Of a DNA stretch of 64,000 nucleotides, positions 1 to 14,279 are shown in pieces. The DNA is taken from NCBI GenBank assembly GCA_000165425.1, contig CT868496.1, forward strand, positions 310,001 through 374,000, read 5' to 3'. Position numbers and translations under genes: made by a program. Source of the stretch: Paramecium tetraurelia (taxonomy: Eukaryota). Position 1 is the first letter of the stretch. Each line of letters starts with the position of its first letter. The notes under the pieces were generated by a model. That model had not been told where the DNA came from. It saw nothing but the letters and a program-made list of their open reading frames with translations, and searched no databases.

Positions 1-176
1 TTTATGCTAAATTTGGAGTAGAAGAAGAAGACCAAATTACTAGTCTCAAGAATATCTAAGGAGATTAAGAAATCCACAATCTTCTCAACAAAGTAGAAAT
101 AGAAATGAGTGGACTGTTAAAAGAATAAGGAATTAGATTAAATGATATTCCTGAAAGTCTAGAAAACTTTATTTGA
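1..176 (+). CDS. 3' end of a hypothetical protein (partial)
   Basis: Open code-6 frame YAKFGVEEEDQITSLKNIQGDQEIHNLL...LENFI ending in TGA at 174-176. Confidence 0.65.
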
Positions 177-395
177 TTTATAAATTTCATTATTTAGTTT
201 ATTCAATTTGTTCACTTTTGTGAAAACTGGAATTTTTCGAATACATGAATAACTTGAAAATCCAATAAAAATACGAGAAAAAATTAATGATGGGCATCTT
301 AAGAAAATCTAAAGAAATTTTTAAAGAAAAATTGTATATTTTAGATTCAGTAACTCATTAAATAAGATTACCTTATGATAAAAAATAATAATAAA

Positions 396-2408
396 TCATT
401 TGACTTTTTGTTTAATTTAATTAATCAGTATTTTAGTTTCTTCTTCATCTTCTTATTCAAAGATAGTCCCGCTTAAATCAAATGTATAACCTGATTCAAT
501 TTAATTTAAAGATTTCTATTTTAATTTATTTATCAATTCTGTTTTGCTAATGGTCCTTTCTACAAAAATTAAATCACAAGGTTTAAAATGCTAAAATTTT
601 GCCCTTAAGTCAGCTTCATTAAAATCTTTATCTTCACTTTCTTAGAATTCAGTTACAATTATACTAATTATTGATTAGAACTTTCTAAAATATTTATAAA
701 CTGAGAGGAGTTTTTTTTTCATTAGATCAGTTCTTTCAAAATTGACAACTAGAAAAATAGAGCGTACTAAATTTTGATACTGCAAAAATAGTTGTTGATA
801 AAGCTTGATTTGTGCCTCCCTTTCATCAATATCGGATTCAAAATCAAAGCCTTAAGTGTCTACAAAGTTATAACTTAGCCTATCATCTATTTATAAATTA
901 TTCAATTCAAATTCATTTATAGTTCCAGACTGATTAAATAGTTTTTTCATCAAAAATGTTTTACCGACTCCAGGAGATCCTAAAAATAAAGCTATGGGTT
1001 ATTATTTTAGGCATAAAGCATTAGGAGTAGAAATATCATATGTTCTATTTAATGATGTATTTTCTGTTTTCACATCATCATAATTTTATTATTCTTCTTT
1101 ATTTGGCATTTATTATTCAATATTTTATTTAGTTTTTGAATCCACATCTCCTTATTATAGTGCTGTAATAGGTATTTTTTATCCAGATTATTATTTAGAT
1201 TTTGCATTCAAATCTTCGTTAATTTATTATTCTTCTTTATTTGGCATTTATTATTCAATATTTTATTTAGTTTTTGAATCCACATCTCCTTATTATAGTG
1301 CTGTAATAGGTATTTTTTATCCAGATTATTATTTAGATTTTGCATTCAAATCTTCGTTAATTTATTATTCTTCTTTATTTGGCATTTATTATTCAATATT
1401 TTAAATAGTTTTTGAATTCACATGTTCCTAACTCTATTATAAAGCTGTATTAGGTATTTTTTATCCAGATTATTATTTAGATTTTGCATTCAAATCTTCG
1501 TTAATTTATTATTCTTCTTTATTTGGCATTTATTATTCAATATTTTAAATAGTTTTTGAATTCACATGTTCCTAACTCTATTATAAAGCTGTATAAGGTA
1601 TTTTTTATACAAATAATTATTTCTTGTTTGTCCAATTATTTGACTGATTATTTTTTGTACCTACTTGCACTCGCTCACATTTATTTGTGTCCTTAAGTCG
1701 TCTCATATTTCCTCTAGAAATTTGTTAAATATTATTCTCGTTGTTTATTTCTTCATTTTTTATTAATGTTGGTGAAATCTTTTTTGATTCAAATTCATTA
1801 TTTTAATTAATGCCTGCTTGTTTTAAAAAAGTTTTTTCTTTATTTTTTAATAAGGACTGTTGCATTTATAAATCATAATTTAGATTTCCTTTAGCTAACC
1901 CATTTTATTTAGTATTGCCAATTTAAACTTGTTTTGTTCTAAGTGGTTAATTTAAACAGGAATCTCCGTTAACCTTTGTAAAAATTTAATCCGTAGTTCT
2001 CTTATATTCGTTTTATTTAATCTATTAATTTAACTAACAAGTACTTGAAATTTTGGAGGGCTCGTAAATTAATGTACTTGAAATTTTGGAGGGCTCGTAA
2101 ATTAATGTACTTAATTTGATGTGTTATTATAATAATTTTATTAATTCGTTTGATATGTAATTGGAATACCTAAATATGTTTAACGGTGATGCATTGATTA
2201 TTAATTTCTTTTTTCACAGCTTTGTTAATTGTGTACCTATCTTAAGAAAGTTAATTTTTAAATAGGTGGTACAGATTTCAATTGTCTCTACATTATAGTT
2301 ATTATTCCTTTTGAAAGTTAGATGAGATTTGTTTATTTATATACTTAATAGAATTATTCTAATAGAAATAATATATAAGAATAAAATAATAAATAAAGTG
2401 TCAAGCAT
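396..2408 (-). CDS. P-loop GTPase (AIG1/GIMAP-like C-terminal domain) with hydrophobic N-terminus and internal tandem repeats
   Basis: Code-6 translation gives ALFLGSPGVGKT (G1), FVDTQG (G3), IFLVVNFER and IIVTEF, ending at TGA 396-398. The start at 2408 (MLDTLFIILFLYIISI) needs one ~32-nt intron near 2240-2271, so the 5' end is less certain. Confidence 0.75.
1086..1610 (-). repeat. Coding tandem repeat, about 4 copies of 138/138/144 nt (46-48 aa)
   Basis: GGCATT recurs at 1105, 1243, 1381 and 1525. The unit translates as INEDLNAKSKQQSGQKIPITALQQGDVDSKTKQNIEQQMPNKEEQQ. Confidence 0.95.
2041..2112 (-). repeat. 33-nt perfect tandem duplication (STLIYEPSKIS x2)
   Basis: gtacttgaaattttggagggctcgtaaattaat at 2041 and 2074, with a partial third copy at 2107. 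Confidence 0.9.
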
Positions 2409-2420
2409 TAGAATAATAAT

Positions 2421-4279
2421 TCATGTTAAATGGGATGGAGGTTTCCAAATCGGAGGATATAGAAACTATTTTATTTCACTGACAACCTATATTGAAATTT
2501 ATTTCTTACTCCATGATTCCAAAATTTAGTATACTTGGCAGGACTCAATTTTAATTTATTCATCTTGATTGCCCAAATGTTCTATTCTATCTGAGAAAGA
2601 AGGACTTTTTTATTTTTCCTTGTTCTACATTGAACAGATTTATTTGCTTTCTTTTAATTTTGACCTCTGTTTGATTTATTTGATTGATCAGTACCTCTAG
2701 TGTTGGGTGAGTTAGAAAACGAATCGAATTTAAATTTCATATTTCCATTATGGGGATGATCCACACTATTTGTAGGGGTTTTCTTATTGAGAGTCAATTT
2801 TGGAAGAAACTTTTTCTTACTTTCAGTTTAAATGGCAACACTGGAGCTGTTTTATCTATGTGATACATCCAAAGTTTAGACTTGAAGTCCTTAATCAAGA
2901 AGACTGAGCAAATCAAATTGTCTTTGTAAAATGGGTAATTTTTAATGAAATTACATTTCATTATGACTAGTGTGATGAGAATTATTTAAAACAGGAGCAT
3001 TATTAGTTTCAGTTTTTGAAGCTAGGATTTCAGTTTAAAATTATTCTCCAATTTCATCTTAATCTGGTTCTTCAGCTAATTCTGATCTAACTTCTTCATT
3101 TTCATTAATTTCTTTTAAGTTATGTTATTATGGAAATTGATTTAATGAGACTCTGACTTTGTCAATAGTTTGCAACTAGTTGCTTTTCCAATTGCCTTTT
3201 AATACAAGCGTATCATATTCATACATTCCTTCTCCTTCCATTAATCCATCAACCCAGTAACCCTTATAAGTCGCCCTGTCCTACCAAGTAATTTATCCAT
3301 ATCCACATCTTTTATCATCAACAAAGGAGCCTTCATATTTTGTGCCATTTGCATACTCAAATACTCCTTATCCACATTTTTTATCGTTGGCATATTGACC
3401 TTTGTAAGTATTTACTCCTTCTTGTGTTTTACTTTCCCAAATCCCGTAGCCATTCCTTAGGCCATTAATGAATTCTCCTTTAAAGAAATTCCCATTGTTC
3501 CAATAGAATTCACCTTAGCCATTAGGTTTGCCATTTCTATATTCTCCTATAAAGTAATCACCATTTTCAAAATATTCCTAACCATTACCATGCTTTAGAT
3601 CATTGGTAACATGACCAACATATCTAAAATTATGAGTCAGTTATACATGTCTCCATTAATATAGATGCAAAGTCCGAAACATCTTCCGTTTTCCCATTAT
3701 CCTAGATAATAATCAGAATGAGTTCCTTGATACCACCCAATTCCATGCTTTGAATATAGAGATTGTTAATACTTTTTTTCCTTAATGCCATTAACCAATA
3801 TATTTTTAGTTTTTTGACCAGAAAACTCCTTCTCCTTGTGGTAACCCATTGAGATAGGTGCCATAGTAAAATTGGTTTTGTTTCAGTAATTCAAATCCGA
3901 TACCATCTTTCTTGTCTCTGAGAAAGGAGCCTTCATAAAGTTATAATGTTGATTTAATTAAAATGCCTTGTCCTTGTCTCAAGCCATCAACTAAGGTTCC
4001 GTAGAATGCAGCATTTTTGTAGAGCTTAATCTTAACATCTTAAATGTGAGTTAGGTCTAAAATGATTGGGTTGTAATTCTAGAAGAATTCAATTACATTC
4101 TCCTGAGTAGGAAATTGGACAGAATTGATTTAATTTGGGATTGGAAACTTGGTTTTAATTTGTTAGACCAAGACATGGAATTCTTAGAGAGCAATGTTTT
4201 CATAGACTTATTGGAGTGTCTAGTAAGATTATTCTTATAAGTTAGGGAATAATTGCTATATATTTTATTATTTTATCAT
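2421..4279 (-). CDS. MORN-repeat protein with C-terminal low-complexity/coiled-coil tail
   Basis: Many Y-x-G-x-F/W-x-x-G/D-x-x-x-G-x-G repeats (FYGTLVDGLRQGQG, YEGSFVDDKRCGYG). ATG at 4279, TGA at 2421-2423, small introns. Confidence 0.85.
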
Positions 4280-4371
4280 TAATAAAACTAATCTAATTAG
4301 AAGTTGTTTTATAAATGATAATTAATTTGAATCAAGTAAACAACCTATATACTAAACCTTAATTATATGAC

Positions 4372-6020
4372 TCAATCAACATAAGTTTTCAGTCTTCTGC
4401 TATTGATACTTCTATGCGAGGTAGGACTGTGAGTACGAATGTTAAAAAAGGTATTGTTTTCCTCGTTTTTCACTTGTATTTGTACCTTGCTCTTGATTCT
4501 CTTGATGAATTTATCTACAGTAGTGGGACTGCTCAAGACTTGGGTGAGAGGGTAGTGATGCGAATTGTTATTGCATCCCAAATTCTATTGATTTGTACAA
4601 TAGGTGAGTAATCCATCGATTTCATGATCATGTGTTAATTTATTATGATCAGGATCATGTTTAATTTTATCATCAATTTTATTAGAAAATCTAAAGAATT
4701 ATCTATGGTAAAAGCGTTTATTAAAGTAGTTTTAGGATTTGAATTTGCGTTGATCAAAAAAGGTTCTCACTTGAGCATAAGAGCAATTTCTATCCTTCAT
4801 CAATTTGGTAAATTATACAATGGCTTGTTTCTCTTATAATTTGAATTAATCATATTATTCATCCTTCTCTATCTCACTGCTCGTATTTCTTTAAGATAAT
4901 AAGTTGTATTTCTGAACAAAGCTTCTCTTCATTCCAGGATGAATGAAATTCATTTCTTCCTCTTCCTTTTGTCTCTTCTCTTCATATTCCTTAATCAAAT
5001 GATTGGCCTTTATGGTTCTGAAGTGATGGATCGATGAAAGCAAATGTAAAAACACAACCTAGGTCTTGCTATCCCAGAATCGTCTCTATCTAAATATAAA
5101 GGTTTACTTCTGGATGTCTTCTCTGGTGATTTTGTAAGCGATTCCAGTTTCACTCTTACACACAATATTGTACTTGGTCTTGGCCCATTGGATGAAAATG
5201 GAGGACTTGATGAGGAATTGCCCATCTTTATTGAGGAAGGCTTCTTCTCCAAAAGATTCACCTGGACCAAGAGTGCAACTATAAAAATAACACTAGTGAA
5301 TTAATACATACAAAATAACTTATTTTTATGGATGAATTGTACTTAAAACTCTCCTTCCCTAACAACATAAAAATGATTGCAATATTCATTCTACTTGATT
5401 ATTGCTTGATTCAGAGTTACAGAGACAGGTTCAAAATGGTAGCTTATAGTTTTGATCTCTCTGAAGGACCAAGAACTAAAGAATGGGAACGAGCATAAGA
5501 AGGAGATCTTATTCTATATCTTAGCCATTTCCTAAGCACCTAATATTTATTTGTAATGGTGTTTCTCCATTACTGCAAATACACAATCTTCCTTAGCAAT
5601 AATGGTAGCTGTCCTTTTAGAGTCATTTATCAATGCCAACTCTCCAAAACCGATCCCTGCTCGTAGAGTGTTCACTTCCTTCAGTTCAAATAGTTGAGGA
5701 TCTTCAGGGTTTGGCAATCTGATGTTTACACTTACCGAACCTCGCAGGATCACGTAAAACAAACTCCCAGCGTCGCCCACTTTGAAGAGTACCTAGAGGG
5801 AGTGGAGAACCCACAATCATACCTCTCCGCCTTTTATTGTCCGATAGGAGAGAACCAATATGCATCGTTGCAGCATCTCTACCGACTGTTCCCCTAATTC
5901 TCTGAAAAATGTGATAGTCCTTGCAAAATTCAGTAACAGATTCAACTCCTCAGGACTTCTACGTAATGGTGTTATTTGGAGGATACGAATACATTCTGAG
6001 AACATTAATTGCTTGTCCAT
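4372..6020 (-). CDS. Cyclic nucleotide-binding domain protein
   Basis: GDAGSLFYVILRGSV...GIGFGELALINDSKRTATIIAKEDC is a typical cNMP-binding cassette. A 30-nt intron lies at 5793-5822, and TGA at 4372. Confidence 0.85.
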
Positions 6021-6161
6021 ATTTAATTATTATAATAAATAACTTTTATTTCATCCATTTTGATACTTACAACATTCAATCAATATTTATGTCTCAAATT
6101 ACTTAATCTCCTTCTTGTTCTCCTTAAATTCAAGGCAAAATATTAATTTTAATTTAAAATA

Positions 6162-7182
6162 ATGGGGAGCTGCAACTGTATTCCAAAGAAACAACCTGAA
6201 TAAGAACTCCATACTCAAAGGGGATCGAGTGATCACCATATAGCAGACAAAGAAAAACAACCAGAAGAAAAATCAATTTGTCATGGTTCAATTCATTAAA
6301 TTATGCAGAGGACAATAAACCGCTTAATGATGAAGCCCAATAATTAGTACAAAGCACCAAAGGCATTCAGAAAAAATTACCAAGAATTAATATGACCAAT
6401 GGAGGCTATTATGAAGGGGATTGGTTCAATTGTATGCGACATGGTTAAGGAATTCATGTATTTATTTCTTAACTCACAAATTTATAGTACTGGGCTGATG
6501 GAGGACATTACGAAGGATAATGGAAGAATGATAAAGCAGAAGGCTACGGTAAATTAGGTAACCATTCCATTTATTCAGTCCATTGTGATGGAGATGTCTA
6601 TGATGGCTAATGGGCCAATGATATGGCTAATGGAAAAGGAACGTATACACATGCAGGAGGTGCCCGTTATGAAGGTGATTGGCTTAATGACTAATAACAT
6701 GGCTTTGGAACTGAAGTTTGGCCAGATGGTTCTAAATATGAAGTATTCAAATTAATTCATTTTAGGGAATGTACACTTTTGGCAAAAAGAATGGAAGAGG
6801 CAAGTTGCAATTTGCAGATAACAGTCTCTATGAAGGAGAATTTTTGGATAATGAAATTAGTGGAAATGGTAGGTACGTTTGGAATGATGGAAAGACTTAT
6901 GTTGGAAGTTGGTTAAACAATAAAATGAATGGATATGGAGAAACCATTTGGCCAGATGGAAAGAGCTATAAAGGATAGTACTTGGATGACAAGAAACATG
7001 GATAAGGTGTGTTCTCTTGGAATAATGGAAAAAGATATGAAGGAGAATGGGCTCTAGGGAAGTAAAATGGCAAAGGGGTTATTATCACAGAAACTGGAGA
7101 AAGGAAAGCAGGGATTTGGGAAAACGGAAGAAGAATCAAAGTCGAAGGAGAAAACGATCAAACAGCAGAGGGAGAAACCTGA
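6162..7182 (+). CDS. MORN-repeat protein with N-terminal acylation motif (MGSCNC)
   Basis: About 10 MORN repeats. Introns at 6286-6308, 6458-6487, 6558-6578 and 6743-6765, TGA at 7180-7182. Confidence 0.9.
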
Positions 7183-7641
7183 ACAACAATTGCCAATATG
7201 ATTATTAATCTATACTTTTTTGCAATTACAAAAATACTTAATGCTCAGACCTGGCAAGCTAAGATTATATTATTTATCATTAACTAATTATAATCATTGC
7301 ATTCATTCTAACAATTTTCTTTTTTAAATTTAATAAAAAATTATTTAATATTTAAATCAATTTTATGGTTAATACATTATTTATAATCACAAAATCGAAT
7401 TTTAATAATAAATCCTAATAAAATTTTTGATTTATTAGGATTTGCATTTTTGTTCTCTCCAAAATTTAATCAAGAATAACTTGTAAATTACTTTGATTTC
7501 ACAATAATCATTGATTATAAGAAATTAATTTCCAGATTAAAATCAATATTAGAAGTTCTTTGAATAGTAAAATATTCAATTATGAGTAATTTGAAGAATA
7601 ATATAAAACAATTTAATTTCATTATATTACACTCAATATTA

Positions 7642-9619
7642 TCAAGCTTTTGCTTATGAAATTGTACAAAATTCTTCCATATCATCGGGCATTTGGAATT
7701 TAATTCTGCTTTTCTATCTGTCATTTGCGATCTAAAGTAGACGAATAAGATTACATTCAAAAACAATAAATGTCTTGAGGGCATTATATCTAATATTAGT
7801 TCATTAACTTTCTGAATAGCCATATCCTTAATTGGATAATGAAGAACTGGATTATCAACAGCTTATACAATATAACTAAATAATACCTTCTATTGTGTCA
7901 TCATGCTTTAACCAACAGCCAACATATTTATCTATAGTTAATACTAGAATGGCTGATTATTCATTATTTTTATCAACAACATGCACTCTGAATTCCTTGA
8001 CTAATAACAGTCTTGCTGCTTAACATCCAATTTCCTTTATAACTAATGTTTATATAAATTCTTCTTAATGGCCATCTTCAAATTAGGCAATCTCTTTAGG
8101 TAATATTTTTTTGAGATTGTAATGTTATTCAACATCAATTACCAATTCAGGTAGATCTACTTATAAATTGTGCACTTCTGCAATTCCCTTTTTATAGATC
8201 AAACAAGAATCTTTAGCCCATTGTGCTCGTTTCTATTCTATTGTAATAACCTAATGATATTTGAATTAAGAGTACTTATTTCCAATATTATAATACTTTT
8301 TCAGCTAACTAATTCAACGATTTGTTAGCATATTATTGGGTGGCTACAAAACTAATAATTAGTCTATAAACATCAACAGGTTGATTATTTATTTTTTTTC
8401 CATTATCTTCGTATTTGTTTTATTAAAAGGATTATCCTTAAGGTTGATAGTTTTTAGATTTAATGTTATTTGATTCAAATTATTATCTTTCTTTTAATTA
8501 TTATTATTATTTATAGTATTCTGCACTGCTTAATGATCCTGACAGCTTTTATGGCAATTGTTTTTATTCAAACTATTATTCATTCTAATTTTCTTTTAAT
8601 TCTGATTAACTCTCTAATTCTTATGGCTTTTCACTCTATGATTATTTATCAACTTATTCTTCTTCTTTATTTGAGATCTCCTTCTATTCTTGATTTTCCA
8701 CATCTTATTATAATTCACTTCCATTGCTTAAACTTTGTTCTTCTTTTAATTGTTGTTCTCTAATTTATCTTTCTTATTCTTTCATCTGTTAATTTAGTTC
8801 CATTTCTACAGGATCTTAGAAAGATGATGCTCCAACTAGTAAAGTTCCTAAGGCTGAGATATTTTATAATATTTTATCTGTTCTACTTTATTATGGTAAT
8901 TAAGGTTATTGTTGAGATTATTAAGATTGTTGTTACTAATCATCAAAAATTGGTTTTCTCTATCTTTAAGGTTGGCCATGCTATGGAAATTGTTAGATAA
9001 TTTAATTTAACTTCTAACCTGCTGATGTAATGTAATTTTGGAGTAATTTTTTCTATGAGATTATTGAACTCAACAGCAAGTCTAATTGTTTATCCATATC
9101 ACTCAAATCATGAAATGATTATGCTTTTAGTATTTCGGTTTGAATTGTATGAGCAAAGTTTGCTATTTTTTCTAATCTTTTTAAATTGTTTTCTTCAAAT
9201 GTGGATATCGAAGTTCCTACTGTAGAATACAGTTATTGATTTAGTGGATTTTGTTTCAAGGCTGGCTAAGGTTTAGTGATGAGGAATTATGCATATTGTT
9301 ATTCATGGAAATATTTCTCATTGAAAAATTTGTAAACTATTTGAAGAAAATCAACTGATAAGCGGATTCTATAGTCACATGAAACTGCTAATTCTTCTAC
9401 AATTTCTCTATTCTTTTCAAATAAATCCATTCTATTTTAAGCCCATTCTTTTAAGAGTTTTAAACTTTCCTCCTTCCTCTATTTGGAATTACAAAAAAAA
9501 AGTTCATTCTATTCTTATGTCTCATCTAATTCTGAATATTATTTTGGAAATGATGGAAATTTTAAAATGCTTTTGTAATACTTTATAGTTGTTAAGATTG
9601 AATTCGAGTCTTCTGACAT
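7642..9619 (-). CDS. Hypothetical helical/coiled-coil protein, possibly with a PH-like C-terminus
   Basis: Long code-6 open segments (EEGGKFKTLKEWAQNRMDLFEKNREIVEEL...; ...KSRIKFQMPDDMEEFCTISQAKA*) with Q/E-rich middle. Exon boundaries are only partly resolved. Confidence 0.6.
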
Positions 9620-10337
9620 TTCAAAAGTTGTTAATTAAATATTAATTTTTTAAGTATTTCAAATAATATACAAGCACATTAAAAATGATTTCTAATTGCC
9701 ACATTTAAAGCTTCTATGTTGTCAAATTACTTAAGAACAAATGTTATTTATAAATTATATATATATTGAGATTCTAATTTTTCTATTTTGTCCGTGTACT
9801 AATGATTAATAAATTCTAACAATATGTTCTTATGATAATTCATAAATTTGTATTAAACTAAAATACTCTCATATGTAATATGAAATATATTAATATCGTA
9901 TTATAAAGAATAGTATTATTAATTAAATTTTAGACATTTCGGATTATGCTTTTATCTCTTATATTTTTGATTTAATTATATAAAATTATATATTATGCAT
10001 TTCTGATTATTATTGTTAGATAATTTTCAGATTATTTTTTATTGATCATAATTGTTCATGATTTATTAACTACAACGCCTTAAATTTAAATTCACTTTTT
10101 TATCGTATATTCTAGATTCCTAGAAACATTGATTTTATAGACAATCTTCATTATATATAGAAAAAATTAAATATTCTTAACAATCGTTGTCTAAATTATT
10201 ATCATCTAATCTCGTGTCTACTTCATTTTCATTTGATAAAGAATAAAAACAATTAGATTATGTGGATTTCTGATGAATAATTTGATATTCAAAAGTGAGA
10301 TTGGAGTACTTATACATTTTATTAATAAAAATTAAAC

Positions 10338-10589
10338 ATGCAAAACTTGACCCAGAGTCCTTTGAAACATTTAATTATAGATGGAGACAATAGTCCTATC
10401 AATTTTATAGACGATTTCGAATTATCGAGTTAATCCTCTTAAAATAATACATTCATCTAATCAGGAAGAAAGAATTCTGATGGGGAAACTACAGCAAGAA
10501 GAAGAAAATTTCGATCTCAGGACTTTACTGAGTAATTATACATGTGGAATGACTACTTAGTGAAAAAATTCGAGCCTAAATAGTTATGA
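10338..10589 (+). CDS. Small hypothetical protein (83 aa)
   Basis: Uninterrupted ATG-to-TGA frame MQNLTQSPLKHLIIDG...RRRKFRSQDFTEQLYMWNDYLVKKFEPKQL. Confidence 0.6.
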
Positions 10590-12072
10590 AAACTGATTAT
10601 ATGATTTTATATTGCTTTGTCTTTTTTAAATAATTCGATCCCTAGCTTAATTATATAAAAATTTGGAAGATATGTAATTATAAAAATATGAGCATTTTTA
10701 ATATCGGGAATCTGATTATAATGCAAGAAATTAAAAAAGGCCTTCATAAAGGTTTCTTCAAATTCCTATATTTATAAATAATTTTACTAATTTAATAAGA
10801 AGTAGCTTCCTTAGTATCCCTTTTCAGAAAAAATTCCTGATACAATTTTGCTGAAAGCGGTACCTTTTCTAAAATCACACTAAAAAATAATCTTCCTATC
10901 TTTAAAATTTCAACAATGAAAATTAGAAATTACTCAGAAAAATGAAATATTTTAATGATTATGAAATTCAGCTAATATTCTATTAAAGTTATAGATTTAT
11001 TATTCTTTTAAAATGATTAAGTTATATAGGATGGACGGATTTTAAAGAGAGGAATTTAAATTTAATTTGATTTTCAATATCCTAAAAGTTGGTTAGAATA
11101 ATTAATTATTGATAATATATATAAATTTTATTTGAATCATCAACGTTTGAGGAATCTTTGATTAAATAGTCAGCATTCTTCATTAGCGATAGAAATTAAT
11201 TATTTTATAAATTAATTTCGATTAGTCTATAATCAATATTTGAACTACTAGAATTTCTCTCAAAAGTTATCTTCTGTAATTGACTTTTCAAAATAATTCA
11301 GACTATCTAAAATAGCCTAAAGTCATCTAATTTCATGTTTGAATATCATAATTAGATTAATTTATTAATAAAAGAAATTATTTCTTGATTATATTTTAAA
11401 TGAAACAATTATTTATATTTTTCATTATTTTTAAAGTGCTTAATGATTGAATTAAGAAGAATTCAATGTTACCATTAAAGAATTAATTATTTGAGTTTAT
11501 TTTAACTAAGAAATTGAATTTTTAAATAGAAGATGGAAATTAAATAAAAAGCACTCAATAAGACATAAATTGAGAAAAACCCTTTGATATATATTTGAAC
11601 ACTATTAATTCTCAAAAATGAATTAAGTCTTAATAAGTAAAAAATGTAAAATAGTAACAAGATTATATTGATTCTTATTTATATATAATTGTTATTTATT
11701 ATTTGACAAATTAAACGTATGTACTTAAAAATATAAAAATATCAATTAAATGATTTAATTTATAATTAAACCGTAGAAATATTATGAAATATCTGCCTCA
11801 TAGTTATTTCTAAGTTTTACTTATTGAAACAAAAAAAATAGATCACATCATTTTGAGTAATACTTTTTAAGATAAATTATAAAATTGATTAATATTAAAA
11901 TGATAATTAATGACAATTGAAATAATTATTAAAAAAGAGCAGATTGATTGATTAAATTATAATAAGAAATCAAAAATATAAATAGCAAATATGTTATGAT
12001 TTTTTTCATATAATTTATTATAAAATTAAATATAATATGTCGAATTAGTAGTATATATTAATTGAATATAGT

Positions 12073-13084
12073 TCATTTTTAATTATGTAAGATGGCCAGA
12101 AGTTATTCTGCAATCTTATTGAACTTGTCAAGAGAATACTTTCTTTTAATTGCAGTCATAGTACTACTTTATAGTAATTTGATGATTGGAAGGAACTCTT
12201 GTAAACATTGTCTTAGATCTTCTTGATTATCAACATAATGAAGGGAAGAGGGTAATACTTGTGGGGATCGAAGTAAGTTTATTGCCAAGAGGATGGCAGT
12301 GGTAGCAAGCAGGGATGATGAAAATCTGGATAGATTGGAAATAAATACTTGAGACATTTGACATCAAGGAGGGATAACTCTAGAATCATTCTGGAAGCGT
12401 AATTAATTTTGTCACACAAATTTGCTCCTGAAATCTGTCTCTCAAGGAATTTGATTGGGGAAGTAAATGTCAACTGAAATTAGACTGTTAGTAAAATTTT
12501 ACTTTCCATTTCTGATATAATAAGGGGTGATAAATACCAAGTATTTCTTCTTTAGTGTAAGCATTGTCACAAACGCATACAAAATCTTTAAGTTCTGGAG
12601 CATAGATTTCTTCAAATTTGGATGCTATGAAGAGGGAAGCAATTCCGACTAGTTAGAGTTTATTTCGCATGATTGTGTTTTTGGCAAGGTAACGATCGAT
12701 TAAATTGATAGTCATATAGAGTGTTTCTGATTGTAACTTAAACTTAAGATGCACGTCGACTAACCAGTCAATTAGAATTGAACGCATCTAATTAGTAATG
12801 TCTAATTGTAAGTTCATGTAAAATGGAGTCTAACACATGTATTTATGTTGATTCACACGGAGATATTCGAATATATCAACAACGTATGGATTTACGAATT
12901 CAGGAACAGGAGGAGGTGTTTCTTCTTCGATCTTTAACATAGGTTTGGAACAGATGAATTGCGATGTAGATCGAGTTGGTACTCGTTATATGTTTGTGAT
13001 CTCATTTCCAAATTACCGATTGCGTGTAGTTACAAAGTTATTGTATGATACTCGTACATAATTGTTCTCGTTGTTCGACTTCAT
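12073..13084 (-). CDS. Mitotic (B-type) cyclin
   Basis: Cyclin box [54 protein letters not shown]-box-like RQFGNEITN, two introns (26 and 23 nt). Confidence 0.93.
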
Positions 13085-14279
13085 TGATTTTTAAATTAAC
13101 TGTTATAATTAAAAATTCTAATCGTAAACTTATTAACAAGTAATTCACTTAATGTTTATATATAATAAACTATTTCCAATATGTAATTATAATAAACAAT
13201 AAGACTTTAATCATCTATTCTTATATCTATTTTCAATATATTATAAATATAATAATAATTATCTAATGCGAAATTAATCATAGGCAAGGTTATTTGTTTG
13301 TCTTTAATCTAATCTCCTTTGCTTATAAAATAGTATAACTCATATTCGAATTGTTAAGATTTTAGTATTAGAAGATTGAACGATCAAGAAGAAATGTTAA
13401 ACATAAAATTACATCACTATTATTAGTTAAAGGCTCTGATTCTTCAAATAAAATTACATCTAAAAAATTATCAAATTGTTTTCTTAAAACTTATGCATTT
13501 ACTAGAAATGTAATAAATATTTTTATAATGGTTCCAACAAATACAGAATGTATTGAAATTGAAGATAAATAGTTTTTAAGCAAATTGATATTTTTCATTA
13601 AACTTTAATTTCTATAACTATATGTATTAAAAATAAATTTATTGTGTCTTATAAATAACTATACAATACCATTTAATGGAAAGATATTTTATGCCATATA
13701 TTATAATAAATAAGTAAAATTTAAGGAATTAATATAATAACTCAAAGGGAGGTTTATAACAAATAAAATATGAATTAATATTCCTCAAGATTTAAGATCA
13801 TCATCGTTGCTTATTTCGATTTCCCTTATTGATTTCCACTTTAAATCATTGAAAATACTCTTTTTACTTATTTGGAATACAGCTCAGTTTATAAGAAATC
13901 TACTTACTTTTACAATCATGTCATCACGATTATTAATAAAAATTTCAAATCATTCATATGAAAATTTAAATAAGTTTTGAAGAAGGTTAATTATGTTTAC
14001 AAATAATAACTTCATGAATAAGATTAATTAAAAGAAGTATTATATAATTATATTTATTTTATTCTTGATTTAGGTTTAATTTCTATTTTTAATAGAATTT
14101 ATTTAAATTATAATTCAATATATTTAGATAAATTTAATTCTTCATATTTTCTTTATCTATTGACAATTCAAATTAATGACTCAATCATGAAGAACTTTAG
14201 TTATTTCAATTTACTTTTGTTTTTGATAAATCGAATCTGATAATTATGTTAAATTGGCTAATGAACTTGAAAATATAAG

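Noticed and set aside
1086..1610. CRISPR-like or satellite array
   Set aside because: The units are contiguous with no unique spacers, have lengths that are multiples of 3 and lie in frame within a gene
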